A stretch of DNA of 53,777 nt, counting the filler, from Streblomastix strix (lineage: Eukaryota): assembly GCA_008636045.1 (NCBI GenBank). It is 3 parts of 3 records of this genome, joined end to end, with 100 filler letters (N's around TTAATTAATTAA, not from the genome) between each part and the next. Parts side by side here need not be neighbours in the genome. Positions count along the whole stretch, not along the records: positions 1 to 17,863 come from SNRW01000664.1; positions 17,964 to 35,826 come from SNRW01000665.1; 1 more part is not named here. The stretch is one strand, 5' to 3'. The notes under the pieces are model-generated. The model had not been told where the DNA came from. It saw nothing but the letters and a program-made list of their open reading frames with translations, and did no database searches. Shown here in pieces: positions 11,890 to 24,054 of the stretch (position 1 is the stretch's first letter; every line of letters starts with the position of its first letter). The position numbers and the translations under genes were made by a program.

Positions 11890-14800
11890 TCACTTTTATT
11901 GCCCTTTTTTGTCTTACTCATATCCAAAGGGATGTTCTTCCTCGGCTTTGATGATGGTAGACTTTCTGCTTTATGCGCGCATTTACAACTGCTGAAAGCG
12001 AGATGTGGATTTTGCAGATTGGTTCTGACCTTGCTGTAATTATGTTGGATTGTTTGCGATTGAATTATTATTTTAATTTGGTGGTATTTCATTATGTATC
12101 TATGGTATATTTGGTTCGGTTTTATCAAATTATTGATGTTCAGAATGAACAAGACTAAGAAGACTTTTCTTTTTTATTGCTTATTCATTCTTTGATGTAT
12201 TTTCATTTTATTGAATAAAATTTGTAGATTCTTCAGATGATTATGTTATCTAATAGTTATCTTTTGTAGGTTATCCACCATTGTTCTATAAATTCATAAT
12301 ATTGGAATTCTATTTGTCTTCAATTTGGAATGTACCTGTAAATGTTGGGTGTAATGTAATATCAGATTAATGTTATTGCATGCTTATATCAAATTAACTG
12401 TTCTGATTACAATTCTGTTTGTTAGAAGGAAGTGATTCTGTAAATACTGAAAGTTGAGTAATTTGTGAAGGTTAAGAAATTGCTGCAAGTCTGGGATCTG
12501 AAAATTCGGATGATGAAACAGCAAATTACGGGATATTAGTTTTTTTCTCAAATTCATTGTCTTTCTCTAATTAATTGAATGGGCTTTTATTGTCTTTTAA
12601 ATTTTGTTTATTGGTGATTGTATTTGAAGCTTTAGTCGGAGTATTTTTAGGTTGCGGAGAAATTTTAATAGAGCCGATTTTATTCGAGATGAAGCAATTA
12701 TCAACAGACCAAACTACTTGCCCTAAATGTTAGTTATTTGTATCTGAATCTCGGAATGAAATTGAATTTGATGAATTTGCTGATTAAGATATTGCAGCGG
12801 TTCTTTATATAAACGAATGCAAACCTTCGGCCATTATTTGTATTCCAAGAACTTATCTGCAGTTAGCGCAGAGAAGGTAGTCAAACATCAACGATTCCGA
12901 GTTGATCCACGAAATTGGTGTGTTTACTGGTGTCTATTAACATTACTGCTCAATGTTTTCCAGTAAAGATGCCGAAGTATTAATTTATCTTCCATTATTC
13001 TCATTTTCATCTTCAAAATCTCTCTGCATTAAATTTTACTATTCATTCTCTCTCAATAAATATGCAATTGGCCATCTCTAATCTAACCCAAGAATAGATC
13101 CTGGATAAATAAACCCTGTTATGCTTGATGGTTATGGTGATAGGATAGAATAAGAAGAATCGGTGTTGCCAGGTATTGATAAAAGAGATGATGGGATATA
13201 TTGATCTGAAGATTGTGTTGATAGTTGTGATGTGGATGAAGATGATGAAGAAGATGATTAATAAGAATTTGATGAAGTGAAAGATGAAGTGATTAATGGT
13301 TTATTATTATTTATATTTATATCAGAAGTGAATTGATCAGTAGCCTATAGAAGTGAAGAAGGAAGCGATTCATGCGGATTCATCAGTACTATATTAAAAG
13401 GCAATATCGAGTTCTATGAAATTTAATTCTTAGTATTCCCTCTTTGATGCACACTCTATTTTTCTTGTTATCTCGCAGCTAATACTTATCTGAGCTCTTT
13501 CCATCTCCCAGTTGTTTCTATATTGGGAGGTGGAATATCAGGAATAATTGACAAGTAACTGAGTTTGAAAGGTTGCCCATTAGTTGGATAAGGAATAGTT
13601 GAAGGAAGTGTTCTGAAAGGTGATGGCTAAATATGTGCAGAAATTGGTGCTGTTGAAAAGTACCACGGGTTTAAACCAGGGATTCGATCAATAAGTGATT
13701 GCGAGTAGACATTTGTGGTTATTTAATTATTGTTGAGTGTGTTTGGACTTGTAATTTACGCTGATTTCACTTCGTTCTCCTGTTCCGTAGCCAATACAAT
13801 GCAGCAGCTGCATGATTTACAAGCCACGAGGCACCTCAACTTCATGAATGATTCAGATTCAGATGGGACAAGTCCATCAGAAGTTGTTGTCTTCAACTGT
13901 GGAGGAGGCATCAGTGATTGTTGCGATAAAGGTGTATCTATACTAGAAGAAGAAGATGATGAAGATGATGATAATGATGTTGATGTATGTGGATGCGAAT
14001 GACTGTCTGTAATCAGAGCTGATGTTTGCAAGATTCGCTGCTCGTTGATGTGTTTGCCTTTGTTTATTTATTTCAGCATATTGAGTCCTTGTGCGTGGAG
14101 TTGTGCTATATTACCAGATCCAATTTAATTTGATTATTTTGATTCTTCTTCTTCTTCTTGTTGTTATTCAAATGATTTATCAGGAGGAAGTGCTTCCTTA
14201 TCTTCATCTTTATTGTATCTAATTCTTTTTCTTCCCGAGTCTTTTTTAATTGGATTTATTTTTTCTTAGTTTTGTTTATTAATTTTTTATTGTTAATTAA
14301 TATCATTGTTTTTGTTTATTATTTAATTTTCATCTTAATCTCTTTTCCTCTTAACTTTTTCAACAATTTAAACATCAACTTATTCTGCTTATAATTATTT
14401 TTATTATTAATCAATCTTTCCACTAATTAAATTTTCTTATTTCAAATTACTTTTGGAGTTTTAATTCACATTCAAATTAACATTTTAATTTCCATTCCAA
14501 TTGAAATCCACATTTTCCATATTTTCAATCTTCATCAACATCTCCTCATCCTCTTTCAGCTACTCTTCTTCAGCTAATAGTTTGTCAATCAAAACGTCTT
14601 ATGGCTCAAATTGCTGCTCCAGATCAGCAAATGATGAATTTTATAGTTATTATTGGTAAAAGGGTAACAACGAACTTGGCTACTGAGGTGGAATTGATTG
14701 GACCCAATTCCCGTTGAATGAAAGGAAGTCATTTTCGTCTTGTGGTTATATGCTATTTTGTTCATCTTTGATCATAGTGTTATCATTGGAGTTTTAATTT

Positions 14801-17800
14801 TAATTTTTCTTTGATTTGACATTGAAATCGTCCAAAACGCGGATATTTTAAAATCTGACTGCATTCGTCTGTTAATTGCTTGATTCGCACAATTACGGTA
14901 TCATCATGTTCATTTTTTATTGGAAAAATGAATTCTTATCGTTTCCTTATGCTTATTATTGATTAACAACACCAATATTTTATTTAATGCTAACTATTGG
15001 AGGAGATTTAAGCGAAGATTGAGGAATCTTCCTGATTCTATTCAGAAGATCCAAGTTCTGATTAAATGTCTATTATTTAAGTGATTCATTATTGATTTAT
15101 TGTTTCTAAATTATTGAACTAGATTATGTAGTTTCTGGAGGAGAGAAATGTTTGTTTGAAAGTAATGGACTCATTATTTAGCCAATTTTATTATGTATTT
15201 ATTTTTGTTGTTGATTTTATTATTGTATTTGATTTTACTATTGTTTGTTTGTTTCTTCATTGATTAGATTATCGTATTCTTCTTATTAAATATCATCATT
15301 TTCATTAAAGTGTGTTTAATTATAATCTTTATCTAAGAATGATTACTACACATCTTTTTTTGTTGATTATAATAAACCAGGTTGTTTTTGCATCTTTTTT
15401 TAATTTTTAAGTTTTGGGGAGATAAGTTAATTTTAATCTTCTAATTATTGTAAATTGATATTATTAAGATCCAATTATATTTCCATTTCAGGTTTAATTT
15501 CAATTTTAACTTCATTCGGTGGAGATTGCAGTTATTATGCATTTGAAATTGTTTGTGCAAGTTTAATCTGTAATGGAGATCCATCATGTGCAAATTAAGC
15601 AAAAGGATTTTCTCCAATTTGATCTGTCAAAGATTTATTCTTAATAATCGAAGCAACTAAAGTATTCTTCTCTTATTATGCAGCAATTGCAGCTTTCAAA
15701 TCCTCAGTATTTTTAATTTCTTATTGTTTCTTATCTTCTTCCATCTGCTTTCTAATAACTGCTCTGATTTTCCCAGATTCAATCTCAGCTTTTTGGAAAA
15801 ACGATTTCAGCGATTCTGTTGCGTCATCCACACTATGATACTCTTTCGTATCTTTGGCAAACCATTTAGAAAGCCCTTATCTAGAAGATGGTATCAACGA
15901 TTAAGGCTGTCCATATTATTATTACTATTATTAATTCTAACCTCTATCAATAATAGCCATCCCTGAATTGGGACCTTCTGAGTGAAATCTCGAGTCAAGG
16001 AGAATAAGTGCTCCATAATCAGCTCTGTGTCTTATAACTCTTCCCAGAGCTTGATTGGCAGCGCGTGTTGCTTATAATGAATACCATTCGTTGCCTGTGA
16101 GAGGTTATATAAGCGGAACTGCTGTAGATGATATAGATGATGATGATGAATTTACATTACTTCTTGATCTGCTATATTAATTACTACTTCTCATCTACTG
16201 CAGGTACCTCTAATACTCTTAATCGTTGAAGTCCATCTTCAATTTGATGTCCGTGGCCATCTTGCTTGGGAAAGGAATGCCCATCAGAACAACACAGCGT
16301 GCCATGTCATCTGCGAAATTGATTCCTTCACTCACTTTTCCTCTGCAAACTGCAAATAAAAGAGCTCCGCCTTTTGAATTGCCAACTCCTTATAGTGGGA
16401 TAATATCACCAAAAGCAGTGAATGAATTCTATTGGAATAAGAACATAGACGTGCTTCCTTATTATTTAGTCTTAGATGATGCTAATGTTGCTGATTAATT
16501 TTAGTTCTGATTCTGATTCTGATTTGAATTACGATCCTATCTTCTTCTTCCTCTTCCACCTCGTGATCCCTTTCCTGAAGTTGTCTTTTATTTCTTCTTC
16601 TCTTCTTCTTCTTTGGCTGCAAACAAAGCCGTTTCGACTTCTTCTTCTTCATCGACGATATCGTCTTCAAATAATTGTGCTCTCATTATGTCCATTTCTT
16701 GTAGTGCTTCTTCGTCTTCATCATTTTATATGTTTTCACTATCATCAATTTTCATTTTACTATCTTTTTTTGAATCTTGTGATTTTTTCTTTGGTTTAGA
16801 TTCTTTAAGATTCTCAATCACAGATTATCTAAACTATTTAATGACTTGAATCAGAACATTCTTATCGTCTTGTTCTTTATCATTAGATGTTGATTATCCA
16901 ACACCAAATTGTTATTTCCCTCTATTTCTGCCCCTCCATTATCCTTTCCCACTAAACGAATTCCCTTAATTAGAATTATTAGACCCATCTCCGGATTAAT
17001 TATTACTCCCATGATATTGATCTACTTGATTCCTTGGTTCAACAAACAGTCTTTTATATTGTGAGATCTATTCAAGCATTCCAGTTCTTTTCCAGTGTTT
17101 GAGGAATAAGAAACATTAACTGAAAGAGCAGAAGAAAACCAACATTCCAGCTGGAACTACTTACACTAGCCTTAATAGTGATTCACCGTATGCATCGAGT
17201 ATATTTTAGTCACGTGTGCTTTAATACGTTGATTGTAGCATTATACTGTTTCCTTATTATTATTAGTATTATTATTATTGTTGTTGTTATTTTTATCCAT
17301 AATTCACATTAGAAGTCAATAATCTAGGAATGGTCCCCACCCATACTTATTTATTCATATCAACAACATGTCCAGCTTCCAGAGTCTGGTTAAATTAAGC
17401 TTCCAATTCAGATGCGAAAGAAACCAATGGAGCCAAAGTTCCAGATGTTAGAATAATAGAAAGCGCTTTAGTGAGTGAATGAAAAGCAACAGATGGTGAA
17501 AGTGCTTTGAAACTTATTTCTTTCCACCAGCGACCTACAGATGCACCAACAACTGGAAGCTGTTGAATATTATTATTCTGGTTCCAATTTTTTTTATTAC
17601 CTTGTTGATTGCTGTATCTTGGATCTGCAATTGGTTATCTCTCAGTTAAATGATCGATTATATCTCTCTACCATAAAGGGAATGAATACTGTCTTGATTA
17701 TTTAATATTCATCTATTAATTTTAATCATACTCACTCTTAGCTTTCCTCATTTAGTTCAGATCCATCTGATTATGGAAACTAAGCATCAGCGCGTATTTC

Positions 17801-17863
17801 GACACAAAATGACCGTCAAGTGCGAAAAAATTCTCGACCAATATGAGAAGTTTCTCAAAAAGC
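11890..17863 (-). CDS. BRIP1: FANCJ/BRIP1-like XPD-family DNA helicase (5' end cut by contig end)
   Basis: [100 protein letters not shown]. Followed by a long Q/N/S-rich tail that appears open to TGA at 11890-11892 when TAR=Gln. RTEL1 is less likely but not excluded. Confidence 0.85.
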
Positions 17864-17963
17864 NNNNNNNNNNNNNNNNNNNNNNNNNNNNNNNNNNNNN
17901 NNNNNNNTTAATTAATTAANNNNNNNNNNNNNNNNNNNNNNNNNNNNNNNNNNNNNNNNNNNN
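17864..17963. other. Artificial contig-joining spacer
   Basis: 100-nt N run with a central TTAATTAATTAA. Confidence 0.98.
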
Positions 17964-19190
17964 ACATTTGAGTAGTGAATATGGTTAATTCTTGCGTTGA
18001 TGCTTATAGTCATTTGGCGTGGACGAATGAGGGCAAATTCATACGAAAAATCATAGGTTCCAAAAATTTTATACACTATCTCTTAGATTTAACAAATATA
18101 ATTGCATCGCAACAAACCACATTTCAGGTAAACTAATAAGTGTTTGTGAGAACAAGGTAAATGGCAAAGATAAATGATCGCATTGTGAAGTAAAGTGGTC
18201 GAATGGGAAATTGCCGACTAAATAATAAGTAGGTTAAAGAGTTGGAATGGTGGGCTAACAAGTTGCCGGCTTATCCAACTAATAGTATTCATCCATTTCA
18301 TCAGAGCGCAACAGTTATAACAGACGCTATTGCAGTTGGTTGGGGGCATGGATCATGATAGATAACGAAGAGTTCGAAGTGTTAAGGATATTGAATGATT
18401 AAGAGCTCAATAAAATTAGTAATTGTAGAGAATTAAAAGCAATAGTGAAAGTGGTTGTATATTTCTCGACAATTTTTCCTCCTAAATAATACTTATTGAT
18501 TCAGAGCGACAATTAAGTCGCTGCCTTCAAAATTAGGAAAAAATCTTCCGGTTTACAACTTCAAGATCTGGAAAGGATAACGTATATTTTCCCAGTATTG
18601 CCGAAGCTTAGATATTTAGTTGATCCGGATCCTAAACTTCAATAGATAGAATCAAGAGAGAATGAATCCATAGAGAAAATTAATGAATCTCACATCAAAC
18701 TTATCTAATCATTGGTTGAATCCAGTAAAAAAATTATGATATTTGCCTTAGGGAGGCAATTAATTAATTTAGAGAACTTTTTTGTTGATTATAAGGGTAA
18801 GGCCTTAACATCATTTTAAATTTCATCATCGGTTAAAAAACTTAAAAATTTGTCTAACATTGAGAATCATTTTATGTTATATATATATTCTAAAGCACAC
18901 TTTATGAATTCATGAGTCGGATAAAGGGGCAAATGGGAACGAAATTCGCTAACGTGCAGGCTGGAAGAGTGGATCCAAAATGTATGATATGAGTTATAAT
19001 CTCAACTGGAATACATTAAATCTGCCAAAACTAATGACAATCTCCTTCAAAGTCTCTCCTCCAGTCTCCGAACTCAAGAAGTACAGTTGAAAGCTCATCG
19101 AACGCGAGTAAAACAGTAATTGAAGAGGAGTAGACTGGAGTTCTGCCTCCGTCCTCTTCCTCTTAACACTGAGATGTTTTGAGTTATGCA
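17964..19190 (+). mobile_element. Degenerate DIRS-like (tyrosine-recombinase) retrotransposon remnant
   Basis: RNase H motifs ELEWW, VITDAIAVGWG, SNCRELKAI and IQSDN..AAF, followed by a YR-like C-terminal segment (FFVDYKGKALTSFQISSSVK ... AGWK-like). Frameshifted. Confidence 0.65.
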
Positions 19191-19688
19191 ATGTTAAATC
19201 ACATTTATTTTATTAGTCATATTTTGAACTAATTTTATCGTTATATTTTAGTCATTTACTAATAAATCTTATCTTCTCTCTCTCCTCAAGTTTCATTCAA
19301 TTCAATTTCTGTTTTGATCGCCATCGGCAAGTCTCCAAATAATAAAACATTATTAATAAGAACATTTTAGTTTATTATCTATATACAGTAGATACAATTA
19401 AATAAATTAATCTCAATAAATTGCAGGTCATTTGACGAACAAGCAAAAATCATTTATCTCATTAATACAGATCATTTATGAAATAAGTACATATTTGGAT
19501 CACAATGCACAAAACGCCTCCAAATTTTCACTCCGAAGTCCATAACTCCTTTTTATCAATCATATTCTTGAAGCTTATATGGATTATGAGTCTTTATCAG
19601 TCCATATGAACTTGATAATGAATAATTTTCTTGCTAATTATTATATGTTAGTTTAATATTTCAGAAAAATTACATTATTTATATTTAT

Positions 19689-20075
19689 TCAACTTATTAT
19701 TTGCAATGCAAGCCATACAACCTTTTTGTGCAGTTCAGTGTCATCATCAGCAATCTCCAGTGCTTTTGACAGCAGTTTAATTGATCTCTCATAATTTCCA
19801 TCCTTTTCGGCTTCTTTTGCTTTTGTAAGAATTTTATTGTATATAATAGCCTACTCTCTGGATAGTGCAGCTCGTGGATGTTTAGGAATATATTCAGGGT
19901 TATTAGGAATTTTTGATCCATTAATTTAAATAGGATTTTGTTCAACACCAATACTTTATCGTGAATGTTTCTCTTCTAATTAGTATATCTAAAGATCCTG
20001 TTATGTATTAATTTAACTATGCATTGAATGTCTAACTTCAGAAAATGACTTCTTTATGCTTTAATTTAAGCAAAT
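19689..20075 (-). CDS. Short ORF or 3' gene fragment ending in a TPR-like repeat
   Basis: YNKILTKAKEAEKDGNYERSIKLLSKALEIADDDTELHKKV then TGA at 19689-19691. The start is not defined. Confidence 0.45.
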
Positions 20076-20342
20076 TTGATAATAATTAAATATTAATATT
20101 TTAAAAATATATTAAATCAATTATAAGTGATTATCTTATTATTATATTGAAAAGATGTTTTAATGCGACATATTTAATATAATAATTTCGAATTAACAAT
20201 AAATAAAATAATAAAAAAATAAAACGGTTATTGAAATGATGAGAGGTAAAATATATTAAATTCATCTTCAATACAAATTATTAATTATTCAACACATTTC
20301 AACATATTTAATTCTCTTATTCAAAATAACTCAGAGATATAT

Positions 20343-21797
20343 TCATTATCGTTCAGGATGAAGTTCTCTGTAGCCTGAAAAGAATATGAATATGAATAAA
20401 AATAAAAATAAAAAAGTAAAATTATGATCAAAGCTAAAATAATATATTAATAATTCATTAAAATAAATAAATACATTCAATTCTTAATTTCAATTCTGGA
20501 TCGGGGAATAATTTGCCTGTCAAAGGTTCGCGTGTGATTGGAGATTCCTTCTTTTTCTTCATCCATTCGACAATGGCTTCTCTCTCGTAATATTTTCCAT
20601 CTTCAGCAAGAACTGGATCATTCATTAACTGATTAAATAATGGTAATAATAATTATAATAATAATAATTATAACAATAATAATTTAAAACAAAGTTTGTT
20701 TAATATAATTAGAAAAATATTAATGTTTTTATATTTAAAACCTCATAATTAATATTGCAAATGAATCCTTCCTCTAATTCTTCTTCATAACTCATCAATT
20801 TCTATAAATCACGAAATGCAGGTTTATTATTTGGTTTTTATTCATTAATTTAATCATCTTTCTTTTTCAATTGTTATTATGAAGTTTTCTATTTTTCATT
20901 AACTATTCTTTATTATTCTGTTTCAGATGTTTTTTGATTAATTATTTATTTAGATTAATTTGGAATTTGTTGATTATAATATCTTGTTTCATTCGAAAAT
21001 TAAGGAATTATTCTGTAATTTGTCAAATAACCATGATTATCTGCATCATTCATCAATTTTGAAGTATACTATTAAGGATATGGTATTGAATGAACTTGCT
21101 AAACTAAATATTATGAAGGTATTAACATTGATTATGAATAACTAACTGGATAATATTATTGGTTGATATTTGGTTATATCATAATCTGTTATTAGTTTGG
21201 TGTTTAGGAAACTGTTTCATTATTAATTGGAGAAAGTGATGTGAAATTAAATGGAATAATAGGAGCATTTCTAGCTTATTCAGCTTGTGTGATTTCTTAT
21301 TTTTAACTTCCATAATTGATTCTCTATTATTAATCAAATTAAATTTCTCTGTTATAATTTCTATTATATCTTCCAGGTCTTCTTGGACTTAAACTATTTC
21401 TTGGACTTCTACTTCTACTTAAGCTTCTGCTCAAACTTCTGCTTCTATTTTAACTATAACTATTTCTATATTTGTTGTTCATGTCGATATTTCTACCTCG
21501 ACTTCTATGATATTCATTCTGCCTGTTTATACTCTGATTTATACTCTTTTAGTCTCCATTCTAAAAATAATTGTGGGGTTTTCTTGGAGGAGATCTTGAT
21601 CTTGATCTTGAATATAATCGAGAATAAGATCTACTGGTTCTGCGACGTTTAAGATTCTTTTAATTTTATTTTCTTTCTCTTTCATTGCTTTTTGAATTAC
21701 TCGATGATCGTTTTCTCTTTCTCTTTTACCAATAGTCAGATTCAGAATCGGAATCTTAAGAAGTTGGTGAGTCATCATGATAATAAAGTCTTGCCAT
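20343..21797 (-). CDS. U-box E3 ubiquitin ligase-like protein with an RS-rich N-terminus
   Basis: EGFICNINYE|..MNDPVLAEDGKYYEREAIVEWMKKKKESPITREPL is a U-box. Two GT-AG introns; SRSRSRSP tract near the N-terminus. Confidence 0.8.
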
Positions 21798-22433
21798 ATT
21801 CCTAAAATATAAAAGATCAAAAATAAAAATATCATTTTATAACATCAATCAGATTAAAATAATATAATTAAATATAATTATGTTTATAATTATTAAATAG
21901 AGTTAATAAATATTATTTAAATGCAATTATTTATAACGATAGCGCTCAAAATCAATCAATGAAGATCAAAAAAATTAAATTCATGATTAAGTGCTGGTTT
22001 TGTAAGTAAATAAAGAAATTAAAATATTAACTTTAGTAAAAAAATTTAATAGTTAGAATCTAATGATTGATTTTAATAAATGTTCTAATGTTTTGAAGGA
22101 AAATTAATTTTTTAATTTTTTCAATCAACAACCATTTAATTGAATTTATTATGTAATAATGGCATGATATTATTTATATTATCTATTATTTAATCCATTA
22201 ATCATAATTTAAAGGTTAAATTATACAAAATTATAATACTTTTTATGAAAACATGTCTAGTGCATACTAATCTTTATGAAATAAATTTAATTGTATATAT
22301 TCAAATTGAATCTGTCAAATATTTATTTCTTATTAAACTAAATTATTTTTTAAATTCCAATAAACTCATTTTTTGGAAGAATTAATATTTTTTTTTAAAT
22401 TTTTTTTATAATCAAAAATTATTTGTTAAGCAG

Positions 22434-23658
22434 ATGAATTAATTATAAGAATAGATCACAGAATAACATAAATATAAACGTTCTCGACTTAGTGATAATT
22501 TGAATGAAACAAATATTAAAACTGATTAACGATCAGAGGAATATTAAATTTCTTAACTTGTTATCTCTATTTCTAAAGCAGCATAAGATATTGAAAAGTT
22601 GGAGCGATCAAATGCGGATTACGCAAGACAAATTATTACACTTGCAAGAAAAATGAACTCAGAACAAATTAGATCTACATTTGATTTGCAATTTTTTGTA
22701 GAGATTGCAGCACAATTTAATGAATTCAAAACAAAGACTGAATTTGAACTTCTTGATGTATTCGAAATAGTTGCAAAGTGTGTAGTAGAATAATAGAAGT
22801 TGAAATATAAAAAGAATTTTTCTAAAATTTTTGCTAAATCTGGACTTCATAAAAGAATTGAAGATGGAATTAAATTAAGAATTCCAGATGAATACAATGA
22901 TGATTAAAGATGGATGATTGAAAATGATACATTCCAATTTACACTTATCTTCTGCTATTTGACAAGCTTCTCAGATTATGATCATCAACTTTGTTTATAT
23001 TGTAGATGGATATTATAAGAGAATTTATAATCACTAATAAATAGCATTGAAAGTTGTTGCAAGAATATAATTAATCTAAAAAAGAATAAAGATAAAGAAG
23101 AGAAAGAACTTACAGAGTATGTGGAGAATATAAAGAAATTATTGACTGCATTGAAATATACGACAAAAGATAATAATATAAGAGTTGATTTTTTCTAAGA
23201 TATAGATATAGAAGAAGAAGTTGTACCATTTTTTCATATTAGATGTCCACCAAGTTTGAAATGTCCAAATTGTATTGTTTTTCCTAAATATATTGATGCT
23301 GTACCGATTCATTTGCTTGTTCTCAAAATTCTTGCTCAATATTAAGAATTTCTGGACGGTCCTGAACTATTTCATATAGATCCAATACTAATTGTTAATC
23401 ATCTTGCTCCAGTATTCATTTCATTTGCAATATAAACACAATTTTGGAATAAATAATCATTATATGTTGAAAACTCTTCTATTTCACCAGAAATAATTAG
23501 CTTAAATTCATCTCTACAATAATTTATTGAATCCAATTAATAGATACAGTTTCGATCAAAAGGATTCTGCTTTCATTCATTCATAAATATCAGAAGTGAT
23601 TGAAGAAGAAGGTGGATTTGAAGAATTTGATTCAATTGATTCAAAAAAATTAGAATGA
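22434..23658 (+). CDS. Hypothetical helical-repeat-like protein, possibly disrupted at the 3' end
   Basis: Long open frame from ATG 22434 with TAR=Gln. An EEGGFEE segment near 23605 is out of frame with the upstream ORF. Confidence 0.5.
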
Positions 23659-24054
23659 GTTCCAATTAGTAATCTGCATTTCAATATTTATATTTCCTCC
23701 TTTGATTCTATAATCAGCAATTTTCTATTTTATAAATCACCATATAATAAAAAAAAAAGTTAAAAACGTTTAAATATAGTAAAAACATTTATTTCTACAC
23801 TATTGAAATATGATTCAAAAAATAATTTAATGGAATATGAATAAACAGAGTTAAGAAATGAGAAAAAAAAACATCCCTGTGTAAAATAAAACTTGTGATA
23901 AGTTGGAGTTGAAATTGTGATTAAGAAAAAGTAGATATGAGTTGGATATATATTATTTCTAAAAATGGACATGAATAAATAAAATAAACGAATAAAACTG
24001 AAATTGAACAATGAAATGAAATAATTTAAAACTTTTATTCATCATTATTTATTT

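Noticed and set aside
13730..16849. Short + strand and alternative-frame ORFs from the track
   Set aside because: They are shadows or fragments of the single FANCJ-like frame, produced by using the standard genetic code.
17864..17963. TTAATTAATTAA palindrome within N runs (also 35827-35926), and gene linkage across them
   Set aside because: These are artificial spacers. The first two segments are both 17863 bp, consistent with length-sorted concatenation, so no synteny can be inferred.
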